From contig OZ287087.1 in the NCBI GenBank assembly GCA_965645245.1, positions 1,302,001 through 1,366,000 of the forward strand: a stretch of DNA of 64,000 bases, read 5' to 3'. The translations under genes and the position numbers were made by a program. A model generated the notes under the pieces. It saw only the letters and a program-made list of their open reading frames with translations, did not search any database and was not told where the DNA came from. Origin of the DNA: Massalongia carnosa (lineage: Eukaryota). This document shows positions 60,779 through 64,000 of the stretch, in pieces. Position 1 is the stretch's first letter. Every line of letters starts with the position of its first letter.

Positions 60779-62385
60779 TAGCGCAATTAGTCCCACTAAG
60801 CAAAAAACGACTAAAAATACAGACGCTGTTAAAAAAGGCAGAAAGCACCCTGACAACACAGATCCGCACCGGTAAGATCGGTCTAGCTGACTTCCTCTAC
60901 CAGCGATGGGTCCCCGCCGTCACCTCACCGGCCTACCCATGTGGCTGGCACAGACAAACTCCAGAACACGAAATTATGCTCTGTAGACTTATTGACAATA
61001 GATAAAAGATGCTTCGCGCCGCTGGCACGAACAACTATCAACAGCTGACCTAAACATCAAAAACTCTAAAGATATTAAGTACTTGGCTAATGAAAACAGG
61101 TCTACTGACCCAATTCTCACTGGCATCTATACTATTGTACAATTAAAAGTAGTTTCACTTCTCTTTTTCTTCATATCTCACAAGGCGTCACAGTTCTAAC
61201 ATTATTTTCGCTCTGCGTCTCCTGTCCGACGTCGACTCGGTGTCACATCGGACAGGTATCAAGGGATATGGTTTTTACACCTGAAAAAGGTTTTCCATAT
61301 AACATAACTTAGATAGCTTTGCCCGCATGGGCCGGCCTACGGCCGGTGACATATCGGAGTATGAATACATCATTATCATCAGCATAGAAACACATCTTAA
61401 AATAGTTTAGTGTCATAACCTTAGGTTGAATACACATAATTAATAAATAGAAAAAAAAAATCGGAGTGCATATTTTTTTGAGGTTCAAGTCCTTTCTAGC
61501 ACTTATTTTCTGAAAATTTTGCATTTTGACACGGGCATGGTGTGGATTTGACACTGGTTGACCTCCATGGATCACGAAACGAATAAAAAGAGTTCAACGG
61601 AACTTCGTCAATATTGTTCTCGAAGACCTCGTTAATATTTTCATAGGCCTCGTTAACAACGTTCGATCATACTCTTAAAGATTTTAGTCTTGTCATTCAG
61701 TCATCGGCTGAGAGCTAGAGACATACGACACGGGTCAGCTATGTCTATCACACGGGTCTCCTTCGTCTACAACTCGGAGACCTCCGGCTGAAACAAATAA
61801 AACATTTAGAGACATAGAGTGGGGTCACACCCTGCACGAAGCAAGAGATTTGGGGTTTGAAAACTATCATATTGATAGCTACCATGAGCAACACGGCCCG
61901 AACCGGGGTCGCACTAGGGATAGTAAAGGCAATCTACCTTAAGGGCGGTTGGGGGTATTCGGACATGGTCTTGAGATGGTCTCAAGATATTATCCACTAG
62001 AACGTTCTTGTCTTAGTCTATCTACATATTGATTTCGTCATTCAAGAAAGCAAATAGTGTTCAGATATTTTGTTTTCAAGACAATCTCGTGACTTTGTTA
62101 TATGTAAGATATCTTATGACGTGGAATGCATGTTTCTAACAACATCATCTCAGGACGATCTTCGTTTGAAGAATTTCATCAGATTAGCTCAAGATTCTTT
62201 TGAATCAGGAGTGCTTTGAAACAGTGTGATATTTGGTTGACAAGATTTCAAGTACCAGTCTGTGTTAGAGCCAAGTGCAAGCAAAACATTTTCTTCGGTC
62301 AAGCTATGAGAAGCTAAATACGATTGCACCAACAACTTCAAGCAAAACATCTTTTCTTCATACCAGTACAAAAAAAGGAAAGCGT

Positions 62386-63305
62386 TCACGAGCTAAACTG
62401 ATCCTCGTCTTCGTTCTCGGCCTCGGTGACCTCCATCTCATCCATGATGGTACCAAATTCCTCCGTCTCTGGCTTGTCTGATGATTCCTTTCTCAGACGT
62501 TTTGTCCGAGCTGGTTTCAATTTGAAATGGTGTGGCTTGATGTTTTGGTATTTCGCCATTTGGGGAAACGTATCATAGAACTCTAGCAGGGAGGTTCGAT
62601 CTGTCCCTTCTGCTCTGGGGGCATCCAAGAACAACTTCGTCTTCGCCGCTAAATTAAGAAAAACCACTTGTTTTATATCAGTATGTAAATATCATCAGTT
62701 CTCCCATGCCTTGTCACGTACCTTTAATCCAATAGGGTCCTCGAGGTATTACGCCCTTTTTTGAAGACTCATGAAACATCAAATCTTTTGCAGCCCATGG
62801 AAAAACGGTTTCAGCATCGTGAGGATCGTATTGCTGTGCAAAAGCATTGAATAATCTGCTCGAGTCATGCTCGGATTCCAGCAGCCCTAGGTTGTCTCTC
62901 CTCATCGTAGACTTCACATAGTCCTAACAAAATTCAGAAGTCGAGTATAAACGCTAATAGCAAGCTACATACTTCAATACAGGTCAGAGAGCGATATTTC
63001 CACGTTGAAACGTTGGACTGCGCTTTGGTGAGTCCTTTCCTGAAATATATATCTTCGTCATCCACATTTTCCTTGATTTCAGTACGTGCGATATGCGCTA
63101 TCTGATCTGCGTCCAACTTGCCATAACGAAGCGCAAATAGCCGCAAAGCAGCCTCCAATCGCATCGCTATTATTTTCCATTCCGACGTAATGGCGTGTCT
63201 TCTCCGCCTCTTTTTTGTTGATATTTCTGCCGCTATTGGCCCTGATTCTATCTCGGATTGTGTCATAGGTTCAAGGACCTCTTCATTTGAGGATGAGATA
63301 TTCAT
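62386..63305 (-). CDS. Hypothetical three-exon protein (~271 aa; introns 62924-62972 and 62667-62721)
   Basis: GTATGT...TAG and GTACGT...AAG introns join three ORF-track fragments in frame; KKRRRR NLS-like motif; acidic tail. Confidence 0.65.
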
Positions 63306-64000
63306 GATTGTATTTGTGATATCAGCATGAACGATAGTGCAATCGGAAGAAAGCCTGAAGAATGGTAATGTTCTGAAACAGTGTGCTAAAGCCCTAAGAA
63401 CTAAAATATCAACGCACAAGCAGTTCATGAGAATACCTCACCTGCGCACAGAATTGAACTCAGTCATAAGACACGATGCCTCGTCGTGTATTTCAGGATG
63501 ATGTGACGGAGAATATGATGATCGATGAAGGTCATGTTTTGAGGAAGAGAAGAAAGCCTAAACCATTGACACTACTTCAATCATCTCAGCAGTAAGCCTT
63601 CTTCATATCAGTCTGAATAAACCAGACCTTGATGAATTAAGTTTCCAGGGTCCTCCTCTTGTGGAAAAGGCATTGATTGTTTCAGCATCCACTGTTCAAA
63701 GCAGTGTCCCACAGGCCAACCCACAGCCTTTCAAAAGTCAACCGATAGACTTCCCCGATCATGAGTCTATGCAAGCCGGTTCTTCATATCAACACAATTC
63801 TGCACATATTCATGAGGAGCAAAAGCAGACTCAGAGCTCAGAACCAATAGCAATGACGCATAAGAAGAGAACCATAGAGAATCTCGATAAAATTCAATCA
63901 TCGTCTAATCAAGTTCCTGAACAACACGTTTAAGACAATTTCCCAGCCGATATAGAGACGGCATTCGATCAAAATAGTGATTATGACCGGGAAACTGATG

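Larger units (their letters stand above)
49300..61309 (+). mobile_element. Tad1-like LINE (copy 2), heavily degenerate, hosting 3 solo LTRs, a Tc1-like element and a pogo element; ends approximate
   Basis: ORF1 and ORF2 fragments homologous to copy 1 (CFNCQKYGH, YNPSPSSYSSTDSPSTL, KAPGPDG, YELIHLSRNPK, TQIRTGKIGL); many TAG/TAA stops; ORF2 ends ~61146. Confidence 0.88.

Overview
Eukaryotic, almost certainly filamentous-ascomycete DNA (inferred from the TE families and short GT...CTRAC...YAG introns). The window is mostly a nested transposable-element cluster. It holds three Ty3/Gypsy chromoviruses, one Ty1/Copia, two Tad1-like LINEs plus LINE relics, three pogo/Fot1-type DNA transposons, a piggyBac-like element, a 571-bp TRIM, several solo LTRs and a 3.66-kb Tc1/IS630 (DD34E) element. 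AT-rich relics lie between them. A small island of non-TE-looking genes sits at about 18.3-25.5 kb (HNH nuclease, patatin-like C-terminal fragment, unknown proteins), and a three-exon unknown gene lies at 62.4-63.3 kb. Best leads: (1) a two-gene Tc1-like transposon whose ~215-bp TIRs each lead into one of two convergent genes, with a hairpin between the stop codons; (2) a non-coding TRIM with an 11-nt Tf1-type self-priming signal and identical LTRs; (3) a decayed antisense Zn2Cys6-like accessory gene inside a Gypsy element; (4) AT-rich relics almost free of CC/GG, unlike canonical CpA RIP. All calls come from reading the sequence by eye; no database searches were run.
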